This document shows, piece after piece, positions 19,069 to 27,968 of a stretch of 64,000 nt of DNA (position 1 is the first letter of the stretch; every line of letters starts with the position of its first letter). Origin of the DNA: Akkermansiaceae bacterium UBA6138. Its GTDB lineage: Bacteria; Verrucomicrobiota; Verrucomicrobiia; Verrucomicrobiales; DEV007. The stretch lies in NCBI GenBank assembly GCA_002422425.1, contig DIVG01000005.1, positions 10,334-74,333 on the forward strand, read 5' to 3'. Position numbers and translations under genes: made by a program. The notes beneath the pieces were generated by a model, which was not told the origin of the DNA, did not search any database, and worked only from the letters and a program-made list of their open reading frames with translations.

Positions 19069-21789
19069 ATGCCCGCCTTGCCCACCGATTTCGGAATCAG
19101 TCTCGACGCCGGGGATCCGCTTTTGACGGATTCCGGGTTATGGCTTGATCCGCATCGGGCGAGAGACTTTGCTTTCATCTCTCATGCCCACGCCGACCAC
19201 TTCGCGCCGCACCGTCGTATTCTTTGCTCGACGGTGACGCGGCGACTCATCGAGGGGCGCTTTGGCTCGGCGGCGAGGGCGAAATTCCTTAGCCTCGACT
19301 TTGGCGAGAGCCATCAGCTCGAAGGCGGCCATCGGGTCGAGTGCCTTCCTGCGGGTCACATTCCGGGATCGGCGATGCTTTTTGTCGAGCGCGTCGAGGA
19401 CGGGGCGACCCTGCTGCACACGGGCGATTTCAAAACCCGTGCCGCCCCTGGTGCCGAGCGGAACGAACCACGTCGGGCGGATCATCTCATCATGGAGACG
19501 ACTTTCGGTCTGCCTAAATTTTGCTTTCCGCCCGCCACTGACGTCATCGCCGCGATGACAAAGTATGCCCGCGAGGCGATCGAAGAGGGCGAGATACCCC
19601 TTTTTATGGCTTATTCCCTGGGGAAAGCGCAGGAGATTTTGCTTTCGCTTCACGCCGCTGCGCCCGAGCTGAAATTCCAGGTCCACGAATCGGTGGCGCG
19701 GATGAATGCGATAGTGGAAAAGTCAGGCTACGCTTTGCCGCCATGTCATGTTTTCGCCCCGAAGGATCGATCGCCGAGCGGGCATGTCGTGATCCTGCCT
19801 CCGAGTGCCGGCCGCAGCCTTGCGGTGCGTCGGCTTCGCCGGAATGTGCGCCTCGCCATGGTGAGCGGTTGGGGGATGGAGCGGGGGGCACGGTATCGCT
19901 ACCAGTGCGATGAGGTTTTCCCGCTCTCGGACCATGCCGGTTATGATGATTTGCTCGCCTTTGTTGACGAGGTGAAGCCGCAGCGGGTTCATACCATTCA
20001 CGGGTATTGTGCGGAGTTCGCCGCCGATCTGCGTCGTCGGGGGATTGAGGCCTGGCCTCTCGCGGGGGAGACACAGCGCGAGTTTGAGTGGGAGAACGGG
20101 ACGGGCTTGAGTGCGGCTTACGGCCCTCCCCGGTTAGACGAGATGCCACGTCCGGAATCCGAGTTCGCGACGTTCACTGAAGTCGCCGAGGCGGTCGCTG
20201 CGGCGACGGGAAAGCTCAAGAAGCAGCAATTCATTGCCGACTATCTGCGCACGCTCGAGCCCGCGACACTTGCCCTTGCGGTGCGATTTTTCTCGGGCGC
20301 CGCTCTGCGGCGCGGAGTTCTCAATCTCGGTCCCGCGCTGATTCGTCAGGCTATCCTAGATCTCACGGGCTGGTCGATGGTTCGCTACCGGCAGGTCTCC
20401 TCGACTCAGGCTGACCTGGCGCGGACGGTCTGGCTCGCGCTGCAGGGCCGGACAGTGCCAAAACCGCACTCCTTTGCGGAGCTGGATTCCCTTTTTGAAA
20501 GCCTCGCCGCCGAGTCGAGCCAGACCGGAAAGGTGCGGCGGCTGGGGGAGGCGCTTGAGGGTTTTCATCACAGCGAGGCGGCGCTCGTCGTCGGGATTCT
20601 GCTCGGAGATTTGCGCATCGGGTTGAAGGTTGGCCTGCTCGAGGAGGCGCTCGCGCTCGCCTTCGGGCAAAAGGCCGACGAGGTGCGCGAGGCGCACATG
20701 CTGCTGGGCGATGCGGGTGAGACGGCGGTGCTGGCGCAGCAGGGCGATCTCGGCAGGGCGGGGGCGAGTTGGTTCACACCGGTGCGCGTGATGCTGGCCA
20801 GTCCTGAAGAGACGGCGGAGGCTATCGTCGCTCGTCACGGAGGGGCAGGGCGGATGCTCTGGCTTGAGGATAAATTCGACGGCATTCGCGCGCAGTTGCA
20901 CCGTTGCGGCGACGAGGTCGGGATCTACTCGCGTGATCTGCGCCGTCTCGATAGCGAATTTCCCGAATTGATTGCGGCGGCACGGGAACTCGATCAGGAC
21001 GTGATTCTCGACGGGGAAATCATCGCGTCGGCGGAGGGAAAAAGACTCACCTTTTTTGACCTGCAAAAGCGGCTTGGGCGGCGTGACCTTCGACTTGATC
21101 AGGGGGATCTTTTTTTCGGTGAGGCCGTGCCGGTGCGGTTTATTGCCTTTGATCTGCTCGGAGTCGATGGCGAGGGGTGGCTTGACCGACCTCTTGCCGA
21201 ACGGCGCGTGATGTTGGAAAGACTGCGATTTCCTCCCGCGATGAGCTGCTGCGAGGTGCACCGCGCCGTCACTGCAGAGGAGGTGGACGAGGCCTTCAAC
21301 GCGGCGAAGCGTCGCGACAACGAGGGGCTCATCGCAAAAGATCCGACGAGTCTGTATTCGCCGGGCCGCCGGGGGAAGCAGTGGCTGAAGCTGAAAAAAG
21401 CGATGCCCACGCTCGACGTCGTCGTGGTGAAGGCGCAGCAGGGGCACGGGAAACGCTCGCATGTTTTGAGCGACTACACCTTTGCGGTGCGTGACGAAGA
21501 GAGCGGGGCGCTGCGGGTCATTGGCAAGGCCTACTCGGGTCTGACCGATCTCGAGATCGAGGAACTGACGACTGTCTTTCGCGAGAGCACGATCGAGAAA
21601 AATCGCGGTATCCACGTGGTCACGCCGGCGGTCGTTCTCGAGATCGCCTTTGACTCGATCAACGCGAGCAAGCGCCACGACTCGGGGCTGGCGCTGCGAT
21701 TTCCGCGAATCAAGGCAATTCGGCGGGATAAAAGGGCTGCGGAGATCGACACGCTCGCGTATGCGCGGAAGCTCGCGGGACTGGGTTGA
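19069..21789 (+). CDS. Fusion of MBL/beta-CASP-like exonuclease and ATP-dependent DNA ligase
   Basis: N-half: SHAHADH, PAGHIPGS, HTGDFK, METTFG, LSDHAGY, HTIHGY; C-half: EDKFDG (motif I), ILDGEII, FIAFDLL, EGLIAK, WLKLK, LRFPRIKAIRRDK; single uninterrupted 906-aa ORF. Confidence 0.92.
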   Translation: MPALPTDFGISLDAGDPLLTDSGLWLDPHRARDFAFISHAHADHFAPHRRILCSTVTRRLIEGRFGSAARAKFLSLDFGESHQLEGGHRVECLPAGHIPGSAMLFVERVEDGATLLHTGDFKTRAAPGAERNEPRRADHLIMETTFGLPKFCFPPATDVIAAMTKYAREAIEEGEIPLFMAYSLGKAQEILLSLHAAAPELKFQVHESVARMNAIVEKSGYALPPCHVFAPKDRSPSGHVVILPPSAGRSLAVRRLRRNVRLAMVSGWGMERGARYRYQCDEVFPLSDHAGYDDLLAFVDEVKPQRVHTIHGYCAEFAADLRRRGIEAWPLAGETQREFEWENGTGLSAAYGPPRLDEMPRPESEFATFTEVAEAVAAATGKLKKQQFIADYLRTLEPATLALAVRFFSGAALRRGVLNLGPALIRQAILDLTGWSMVRYRQVSSTQADLARTVWLALQGRTVPKPHSFAELDSLFESLAAESSQTGKVRRLGEALEGFHHSEAALVVGILLGDLRIGLKVGLLEEALALAFGQKADEVREAHMLLGDAGETAVLAQQGDLGRAGASWFTPVRVMLASPEETAEAIVARHGGAGRMLWLEDKFDGIRAQLHRCGDEVGIYSRDLRRLDSEFPELIAAARELDQDVILDGEIIASAEGKRLTFFDLQKRLGRRDLRLDQGDLFFGEAVPVRFIAFDLLGVDGEGWLDRPLAERRVMLERLRFPPAMSCCEVHRAVTAEEVDEAFNAAKRRDNEGLIAKDPTSLYSPGRRGKQWLKLKKAMPTLDVVVVKAQQGHGKRSHVLSDYTFAVRDEESGALRVIGKAYSGLTDLEIEELTTVFRESTIEKNRGIHVVTPAVVLEIAFDSINASKRHDSGLALRFPRIKAIRRDKRAAEIDTLAYARKLAGLG

Positions 21790-22482
21790 TCACTTCTTCC
21801 ATCGCGAGGCCCACTCGCGGGCGTAGGATGCCGCGCCGGGCTTTTCCACGGTGGCTTTTCTATGATGGGCGAGGCGGTGGAGTTTCAGGTCGAGGAGGGT
21901 CTTTCCGATGACGAGAGTGGCGAGAAGGAAGACAGGCGAACCGAGTGCCTGTACTGCGAAGGCACCGAGGAGGATGGCGAGATGGAGGACGATGATGCGA
22001 GGATAGGGCGCTGCAATTTGCTCAAGGATGGAGCTGGCGAGGTTCTCTCCCCTGCCAAGGTAGTTCGCGAAAAAGGAGAAGCCATGACTCACGGCGAGGG
22101 CGAGGATGGCCCATTTCAGCGGACCGGCGAAGATAGCCAAGTTGGCGGTTGGAGAATTGATCTCGTTCGAATCACCGAGAAGAGCGAAGACAAAAACCCC
22201 ATGTACGAGGCAGAACAACCCATAATGGAGGATGAAAAAGACTGAAATTGCGATTTTTGCGCGTATCGCGCCGGTTTCCCCATCCGGGGTGGCGACGGTG
22301 AAAAGACGAAAGATAGTAAAAAGGCCGATGACGAGGTTTTCCGCCCAGTAGACCGCGACGATCTCGAGAATGCTCCAGCCCCAGGCGAGCGCGCCGATCA
22401 GGGGGATGAGGTTGGCAAGAATGAGAAAGACCGCCGAAGAAGGCAGGCGGGCGGCGGGTTTAGATGGCAAATCGGGGTCCAC
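21790..22482 (-). CDS. Membrane protein, DUF6498-like
   Basis: LILANLIPLIG...YWAENLVIG, FFILHYGLFCLVHGVFV, APYPRIIVLHLAIL; several TM segments. Confidence 0.7.
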   Translation of the reverse strand: MDPDLPSKPAARLPSSAVFLILANLIPLIGALAWGWSILEIVAVYWAENLVIGLFTIFRLFTVATPDGETGAIRAKIAISVFFILHYGLFCLVHGVFVFALLGDSNEINSPTANLAIFAGPLKWAILALAVSHGFSFFANYLGRGENLASSILEQIAAPYPRIIVLHLAILLGAFAVQALGSPVFLLATLVIGKTLLDLKLHRLAHHRKATVEKPGAASYAREWASRWKK

Positions 22483-22548
22483 GATCGATATCCTCCCGAA
22501 AATGCCTGCCGGGACAAGCGAAGTCTTCCGGGGATGTCAAATTTCCGC

Positions 22549-22577
22549 TTGATCCCCGTATCTTCCGCGACTAGTTT
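22549..22577 (+). promoter_or_regulatory. sigma70-type promoter of rpmE-prfA
   Basis: TTGATC-N17-TAGTTT, 30 nt upstream of rpmE ATG. Confidence 0.55.
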
Positions 22578-22607
22578 CGGCCCCTTCAAATTTTTTGGAC
22601 CTCGATC

Positions 22608-22859
22608 ATGAAAGCGGACCTCCATCCCATCTATAAGGAAGCAGTCATTCAGTGCAACTGCGGCAACGTCATCCAGACGCGATCGACGGTTTCAAATCTT
22701 CACATTGGTATTTGCTCGGGTTGTCACCCCTTCTTCACTGGTGAGCAGCGTTTCGTTGATACCGCCGGCCGCGTTGATAAGTTCCAGAAGCGTTTCGGCG
22801 ATTCGAAATCCGCGGCGGACCGTCGCAAGAAGCCCAAGCTTTCCGACCTCAGCGCTTAG
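22608..22859 (+). CDS. rpmE: 50S ribosomal protein L31 (Zn-binding type)
   Basis: [13 protein letters not shown]...[24 protein letters not shown]. Confidence 0.97.
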   Translation: MKADLHPIYKEAVIQCNCGNVIQTRSTVSNLHIGICSGCHPFFTGEQRFVDTAGRVDKFQKRFGDSKSAADRRKKPKLSDLSA

Positions 22860-22882
22860 GCTGCAAGGGTTCGATTTTCAGG

Positions 22883-22919
22883 ACGGTGATGATACCAGCG
22901 GGTGTCGTCACCGTTTTTT
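22883..22919 (+). terminator. Intrinsic terminator between rpmE and prfA
   Basis: ACGGTGATGATACC-AGCG-GGTGTCGTCACCGT 14-bp stem (with G:T pairs) followed by TTTTT. Confidence 0.75.
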
Positions 22920-22963
22920 GTTGGCCTTAATTCCTCAAATCAAAGCCCGCATCCCTCCAGGCC

Positions 22964-24040
22964 GTGGACTACTCATCACTCATCGAGAGAAAACGGCTCC
23001 GACTTCCGGAACTGGAGTCGAATATGGCGCAGGATGGCTTTTTTGACGATCCCCGTGCCGCCGGCGAGTTGACGCGGGAGTATAACCGGCTCAAGAACCT
23101 GCTAGATGACTGGGAAGCACTCGCGAAGGCCCGCGCCGATCTCATGGACAATCTCGAGCTCGCCAAATCAGGTGATGCCGAGATGGCGGAGATGGCCGAG
23201 GAGGAGATACCCGCGCTCGGAAAGTGCATTGCCGAACTTGAGAGTCGCGTTCAGTATGCGCTGCTGCCGCATGATCCGACCGAGGACCGTGATGCCATTG
23301 TCGAAATACGTGCCGGGACGGGAGGAGACGAGGCTTCGCTCTTTGCCGGGGATCTCTACCGCATGTATCAGCGTTACGCCGAACAGCGTGGCTGGAAAAC
23401 TGAACCGGTCGAGTCGAGCCCGTCGGAAGTCGGTGGTTTCAAAGAAGTGGTTTTCAAGGTGACGGGCGAGGAGGTCTTCCGCTTTTTAAAATACGAGAGC
23501 GGTGTGCACCGCGTCCAGCGGGTCCCGAGCACGGAGACGCAGGGGCGCATCCACACCTCGACCGCGACGGTGGCAGTGCTCCCCGAGGCCGAGGAAGTTG
23601 ATGTCGAGCTAAAGCCCGACGAACTCCACATTCAGGCGACCCGCTCGGGCGGACCGGGCGGTCAGCACGTCAACACGACCGACTCCGCCGTGCAGATCAC
23701 GCATCTGCCCACGGGGATCATGGTGAAGTGTCAGGATGGACGCAGCCAGGGTAAGAACAAGGAAAAAGCGCTTCAGATCCTGAGGGCCAAGTTGCTCGAA
23801 GCGAAGATTCGCGAAGAGTCCGAGAAATACTCGGCCCATCGGAAAGACCTGATCGGTTCGGGTGGCCGCGAGGAAAAAATCCGCACCTACAATTACCCGC
23901 AGAACAGGCTGACTGATCACCGGGTCAATCTCACCCTCTACAATCTCGATCAGGTCGTGACCGGCGAGCTTTCCGGCGTGATTGAAGTCCTGCAGGCCTC
24001 CGAGATGGAAGACCGACTGGCGGAGCTGGAGGCGGGTTGA
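22964..24040 (+). CDS. prfA: Peptide chain release factor 1
   Basis: EIRAGTGGDEA, YESGVHRVQRVPSTE (PxT), SGGPGGQHVN (GGQ), IRTYNYPQNRLTDHR; GTG start. Confidence 0.97.
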   Translation: MDYSSLIERKRLRLPELESNMAQDGFFDDPRAAGELTREYNRLKNLLDDWEALAKARADLMDNLELAKSGDAEMAEMAEEEIPALGKCIAELESRVQYALLPHDPTEDRDAIVEIRAGTGGDEASLFAGDLYRMYQRYAEQRGWKTEPVESSPSEVGGFKEVVFKVTGEEVFRFLKYESGVHRVQRVPSTETQGRIHTSTATVAVLPEAEEVDVELKPDELHIQATRSGGPGGQHVNTTDSAVQITHLPTGIMVKCQDGRSQGKNKEKALQILRAKLLEAKIREESEKYSAHRKDLIGSGGREEKIRTYNYPQNRLTDHRVNLTLYNLDQVVTGELSGVIEVLQASEMEDRLAELEAG

Positions 24041-24072
24041 TCGGCGGCGGGGCGGAGAGCGGTCCCCTCCGC

Positions 24073-24810
24073 TTACATGGTCTTCCCATCCACCGGGCCG
24101 GTCGCGCCTTCGTCCCCCGGGGTCGTGTCTTCAATGACGATACCCGCTTCGGCGGCGAAATCGGCGAGGGCAAGTTCCTCCATTGCGGCGCGTTCGGTTT
24201 CCATTCGATCGAGGTCGGAAGTGTTGATGCTGTCCCGGGCGACGCGAGCGCGACCCTTCGCTTTTTCTTTTTCCTCACGCACCATTTCCTCGAGGCGGTT
24301 GAGGGTGTCGCCGGCGCCGCCGATTTCATTGATCATGCCGGCAGCCATTTCGTTAAGCTCGGCGGTGGCTTTGGCGATCCGGGTGGCGCTGATATCACGC
24401 TTGAGGGACTCGATTTTGTCCTGTGCCGATTTCACGGCGACGTCGCGTGAGGTTTTAAGTTCTTCATAGGTCTTTTCGGCCTCCTCCAGCTGCTCGACAT
24501 TCGAGGCGTGGCCTTCTTTGAGCTGTTGCAGACGCAGAGCGTAGTCGCCGGCGAGTTTTCGATTGCCGGCCTTGAGATGGGCACCGGCTTTGGCGGTGAG
24601 TTCGCGGATTTCTTTTTCCTCGCGAGTCACCTGGGACATGAGTCGCTCGCAGAGTCCGGCGTGGGCGGCGAGCCCTTTATTGTATTCGGAGATCTGTTGG
24701 CGCAGGTTTTCTTTTTCCACCTCGAGGAGGGCTTCCGGGTTTTGTTTCTCCAGCCCCGAGACAAAGAGTCCGAAAAAGCCGCGAATGAGATTGCCGATGC
24801 GTTTGAACAT
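24073..24810 (-). CDS. PspA/IM30 family protein
   Basis: MFKRIGNLIRGFFG amphipathic start, NPEALLE, long coiled coil, C-terminal ALADF; the upstream part of the 568-aa track ORF is antisense to the UDG gene. Confidence 0.8.
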   Translation of the reverse strand: MFKRIGNLIRGFFGLFVSGLEKQNPEALLEVEKENLRQQISEYNKGLAAHAGLCERLMSQVTREEKEIRELTAKAGAHLKAGNRKLAGDYALRLQQLKEGHASNVEQLEEAEKTYEELKTSRDVAVKSAQDKIESLKRDISATRIAKATAELNEMAAGMINEIGGAGDTLNRLEEMVREEKEKAKGRARVARDSINTSDLDRMETERAAMEELALADFAAEAGIVIEDTTPGDEGATGPVDGKTM

Positions 24811-24978
24811 TGCCGTGGTGGGGTGGTGTTTGAAAAAGAAGCCGCTGGATAGTGTTGCACGGTCGGGGCGGAAATCAAAAGCCGAAAACGGCTCTGAGAA
24901 CGGCATTTTTGGGATTCGGGAGCGCTTTTTTTCATTTTGGCGGTAGCAGCGTATCGGCACGAGGTCTAAGATTCGTTC

Positions 24979-25959
24979 ATGGGAGGGAAAAACTCTATCG
25001 CACTGGGCTTGTTCACCCTCGCCGAAATTCTTGAGCGGGAAAAACGCCGTGGCGCGGAGACGATCGCTCTTTTGCCGGAGTCGGTGAATCGTCTCCGCGC
25101 GATCCCCGGGGCGTTCGACCAGGCGGGGCTTCCGGCGGCGGTAAAGCCGACCGGGGAGACGAGGCCGGGAAATTCCGTTGTTCCGGTCCGGCCCGGGGTT
25201 GAGTCCTCCCCGGAGAGGCTGATGTCGATAAGCGAGCCGGATACCGCTCCGGCCCTGCCGCCGGGCCGCCGTTTCCCCATCCCTGCCGTGGCGGAGGCAG
25301 ACCGCACCGAGGCCTGGGCGCGAGCCTGCCTGAATACCGTGTTCAAGGCGGTTAAGTCCTGTCCTGACTGCCGCGGGCTTGGCACGCTCCACGACACGGT
25401 CGTTTTTGCGACGGGGAACCCGCAGGCGGAGATCATGTTTGTGGGAGATGCCCCGGGAGCGGAGGAAGAAAAGGCGCGCCGGCCGTTCGTCGGCCCTGCA
25501 GGGCAAAAGCTTGAGCAAATTCTCAAGGCGATGGGGTTGCCGCGCGAGCAGGTCTACCTTACAAATCTCCTTAAGTTCAGACCGAGAAAGGGGGATGGCC
25601 GCTTCCAGGGGGCGACTGACCGCCCGCCGCAGCAGGATGAGATGGCGGTCTCGCTGCCCTACCTTCGCGCCGAGATCGAGGTGGTGCGGCCTAAAGTGAT
25701 CGTCTCGCTGGGTCGCATTGCCGCGGAGGGGATGCTTGAAAAGGGTGGCAGCCTGGCGAGCTTTCGCGAGACAGAGCAACGGATCGACGGGACTCCTGTC
25801 ATCGTGACCTGCGACCTGCGCTACCTGTTGCGTCAGGAATCCGAGGGGGATGCCGGAAAGGCAAAAGCCGCGAAGCGGCTCCTTTGGGAAGATATGCTGC
25901 AGGTAATGGACCGGCTCGGGATGCCGGTGACGGAGAAAGAGCGCCAGTATTTTCTTTGA
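24979..25959 (+). CDS. Uracil-DNA glycosylase family 4-like protein with N-terminal extension (degenerate motifs)
   Basis: CPDC, VFATGNPQAEIMFVGDAPGAEEE, PFVGPAGQKL, VYLTNLLKFRP, EIEVVRPKVIVSLG. Confidence 0.85.
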   Translation: MGGKNSIALGLFTLAEILEREKRRGAETIALLPESVNRLRAIPGAFDQAGLPAAVKPTGETRPGNSVVPVRPGVESSPERLMSISEPDTAPALPPGRRFPIPAVAEADRTEAWARACLNTVFKAVKSCPDCRGLGTLHDTVVFATGNPQAEIMFVGDAPGAEEEKARRPFVGPAGQKLEQILKAMGLPREQVYLTNLLKFRPRKGDGRFQGATDRPPQQDEMAVSLPYLRAEIEVVRPKVIVSLGRIAAEGMLEKGGSLASFRETEQRIDGTPVIVTCDLRYLLRQESEGDAGKAKAAKRLLWEDMLQVMDRLGMPVTEKERQYFL

Positions 25960-25964
25960 AAGCC

Positions 25965-26771
25965 ATGATGCTACCGAAGGATTTGCCCGCCCCTAACCAC
26001 CGCGATCTCCCTCCGCCGCGCCGCGAAGGCGGTGGCGGGGTCATCATGCTCGTGATTTTCGTGGTCGCAGGACTGATCGTGTATCTGGCACCGATCTGGC
26101 TCGTCAATAAATCGATAGAGACAGCCGGGGAGACAGCCGGAGAAGTGGCGAAGATCTTTCGTCCTACCGTGACGGTGACGACCTTTAACGAGTGGCGTGA
26201 GTTAAACGCCAGGGCGACGGGGGGGAATATCCTCGAAGTCGCGACGGCTTTATCGTCGGAGCGTTTCTCCCGCACTTCGAACGTCGCGATGTTCGGCCGG
26301 GTGCTGCCGGGGACGACGACCGTGTCTGAGATCACGGTGCCGGCAACCTACCGCTTTTACATCGATCTCAATGAAGAGTGGAACCTTCTCGCTGACGAAA
26401 GACGTCTCGTCGTCGTTGCTCCGGTTCCGCGTCCCACTCTCCCGGTTGCTTTTGACACGAGGGAAATGCGAAAGAAAACGGAGTCAGGCTGGGCTCGGTG
26501 GGACGGGGCGGAACATCTCGTCGCTCTGGAGAAAGAGCTTACGGCGAAACTCGTGGAACGAGCCTCGCATCCGGCCACGCTGGAAAAAATCCGTGAAGAG
26601 AGTCGCGCGGCGGTGGCCCGGTTCGTCCGCAAATGGCTTCTCGACAAAGAAGCCTGGGGCAAAGGAAGATTTGAAGAGATCGTGGTTGTCTTCCCCGGCG
26701 AGGAAGACAAGCCTGTCACGTCCCTTCTGCCGTCCTTGCGGCTCGATTCGGAGAGGGAGCCGGCGCGCTAA
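25965..26771 (+). CDS. Membrane-anchored protein, DUF4230-like
   Basis: Single TM (VIMLVIFVVAGLIVYL), LEVATA, VPATYRFYIDL, LVVVAP-x-P, EESRAAVARFV; 5 bp after UDG stop. Confidence 0.55.
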   Translation: MMLPKDLPAPNHRDLPPPRREGGGGVIMLVIFVVAGLIVYLAPIWLVNKSIETAGETAGEVAKIFRPTVTVTTFNEWRELNARATGGNILEVATALSSERFSRTSNVAMFGRVLPGTTTVSEITVPATYRFYIDLNEEWNLLADERRLVVVAPVPRPTLPVAFDTREMRKKTESGWARWDGAEHLVALEKELTAKLVERASHPATLEKIREESRAAVARFVRKWLLDKEAWGKGRFEEIVVVFPGEEDKPVTSLLPSLRLDSEREPAR

Positions 26772-27794
26772 TCATTGCTCCGGTTGGGCGGGGGTGGCGG
26801 CCCCGGGCCATTGACTTGCTGATTCGGGTTGGTTCCCGGGCGATCCGATGAGGCGGCCGCGCAACTCGCTGACCATGGCGATGGCCGCAGAGGCGCTGCC
26901 GGTGCCGTTCTCGGTCAGACTGACATTGGCGAAGGGGTTGTTCGACCCGAGTTGCCGCCAGGGACCGTCGGGCACTTCGTCGATCTCGACAAAACGCCAG
27001 TCGACGGTTCCATACCCACCCTCAAATTGGAGGAAGTCGCGCACAGCCGGCGAGACGTCGAGGCCGGCCCCGCGATTACCAGCGGTCTTCGGGCGCTGGT
27101 CCCCGAAGACATACTCCCAGTCATCGGTCTCGAAGGGGCCGACATCCTCCCACTGCGCATAGCAGATGAGGTCGCCCCTTCGGATCGCGATCCAGCGGCC
27201 TTTCAGGACGGTGCGGCCATTCCGGTAAAAGGACGTGTTGAACCACGGAATGACGGCGCGAGCCGACGCTTTTGTCCCGGTCCGGCTGATGTCGTTGTAA
27301 GGGAGGGCGAAATAAAAGGGATTCTGGCCGGGGGTGAAGTCTTTGGGGAGATAGCCGATGCGGTTGGAAGGTTTCGGGTTGTCGTAGCCGCCGTAGTTGG
27401 AAGTCCAGCGCTTGTCCCACGCGCTCACGGTGTTGGGAGTCGGATTATTGGCGGTGGGAAGTTCGCCGATCCAGAAGACGGTGGTGACAATGTCCCGCTT
27501 CCAGGGAAAGCGGGTGTAGACTGTCCGCGGCTGGGTCGGGGCGAAGACTCTCGGCAGGGTATTTTGGGGGATGGCTACGGGGAAAGTGCCCGGGACGAGG
27601 AGCTCGGAGCCCGAGGCGACCAGAGACGGCGGACCGGGCTCATCCGTAAGCGCCCCGGGATTGATTCCGATCGCGGAGACGACGGGGCGGCTGATCAGGG
27701 GCGTCGTCTGATTCGGTTGAGCGGAGACCGCCCCTGGCAGAGCCGAGAGCATTATGCCGAATACGTAAGCGAAAATGGGGAAGGTCCGTTTCAC
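26772..27794 (-). CDS. Secreted protein with RlpA-like double-psi beta-barrel signature
   Basis: Signal peptide, Pro-rich linker, then TTVFWIGE, NPFYFALPYND, YAQWEDVGPF, GLDVSPAVRDFL. Confidence 0.55.
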   Translation of the reverse strand: MKRTFPIFAYVFGIMLSALPGAVSAQPNQTTPLISRPVVSAIGINPGALTDEPGPPSLVASGSELLVPGTFPVAIPQNTLPRVFAPTQPRTVYTRFPWKRDIVTTVFWIGELPTANNPTPNTVSAWDKRWTSNYGGYDNPKPSNRIGYLPKDFTPGQNPFYFALPYNDISRTGTKASARAVIPWFNTSFYRNGRTVLKGRWIAIRRGDLICYAQWEDVGPFETDDWEYVFGDQRPKTAGNRGAGLDVSPAVRDFLQFEGGYGTVDWRFVEIDEVPDGPWRQLGSNNPFANVSLTENGTGSASAAIAMVSELRGRLIGSPGNQPESASQWPGAATPAQPEQ

Positions 27795-27968
27795 TGATAT
27801 CTCAAGGGTTGAGCTGATCGCGTCCCGGAAAAATTGTGTTCGAGTCCGCTAAAACCTGCAATCAATTGAGCATAATTATCACCATTTTCCAGAAAATTTA
27901 TTGAGATGTCTTAATTATAAAGAGCTTTGAAGTAAATTCCCGTCCTACGAGGTCTCACCGGAAGAAGC
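27795..27968 (-). promoter_or_regulatory. AT-rich intergenic region, likely promoter of the 26772-27794 gene
   Basis: Visibly AT-rich (CATAATTATC, AAAATTTATTG, CTTAATTATAAAG) against GC-rich flanks. Confidence 0.35.

Noticed and set aside
24811-25779. N-terminal 320 aa of the 568-aa minus-strand ORF
   Set aside because: Antisense shadow of the UDG gene; PspA similarity begins only at ATG 24810
4920-25959. dcd, UDG-like and ligase as one uracil-DNA modification or defence system
   Set aside because: Genes are many kb apart among unrelated housekeeping genes with no shared operon structure
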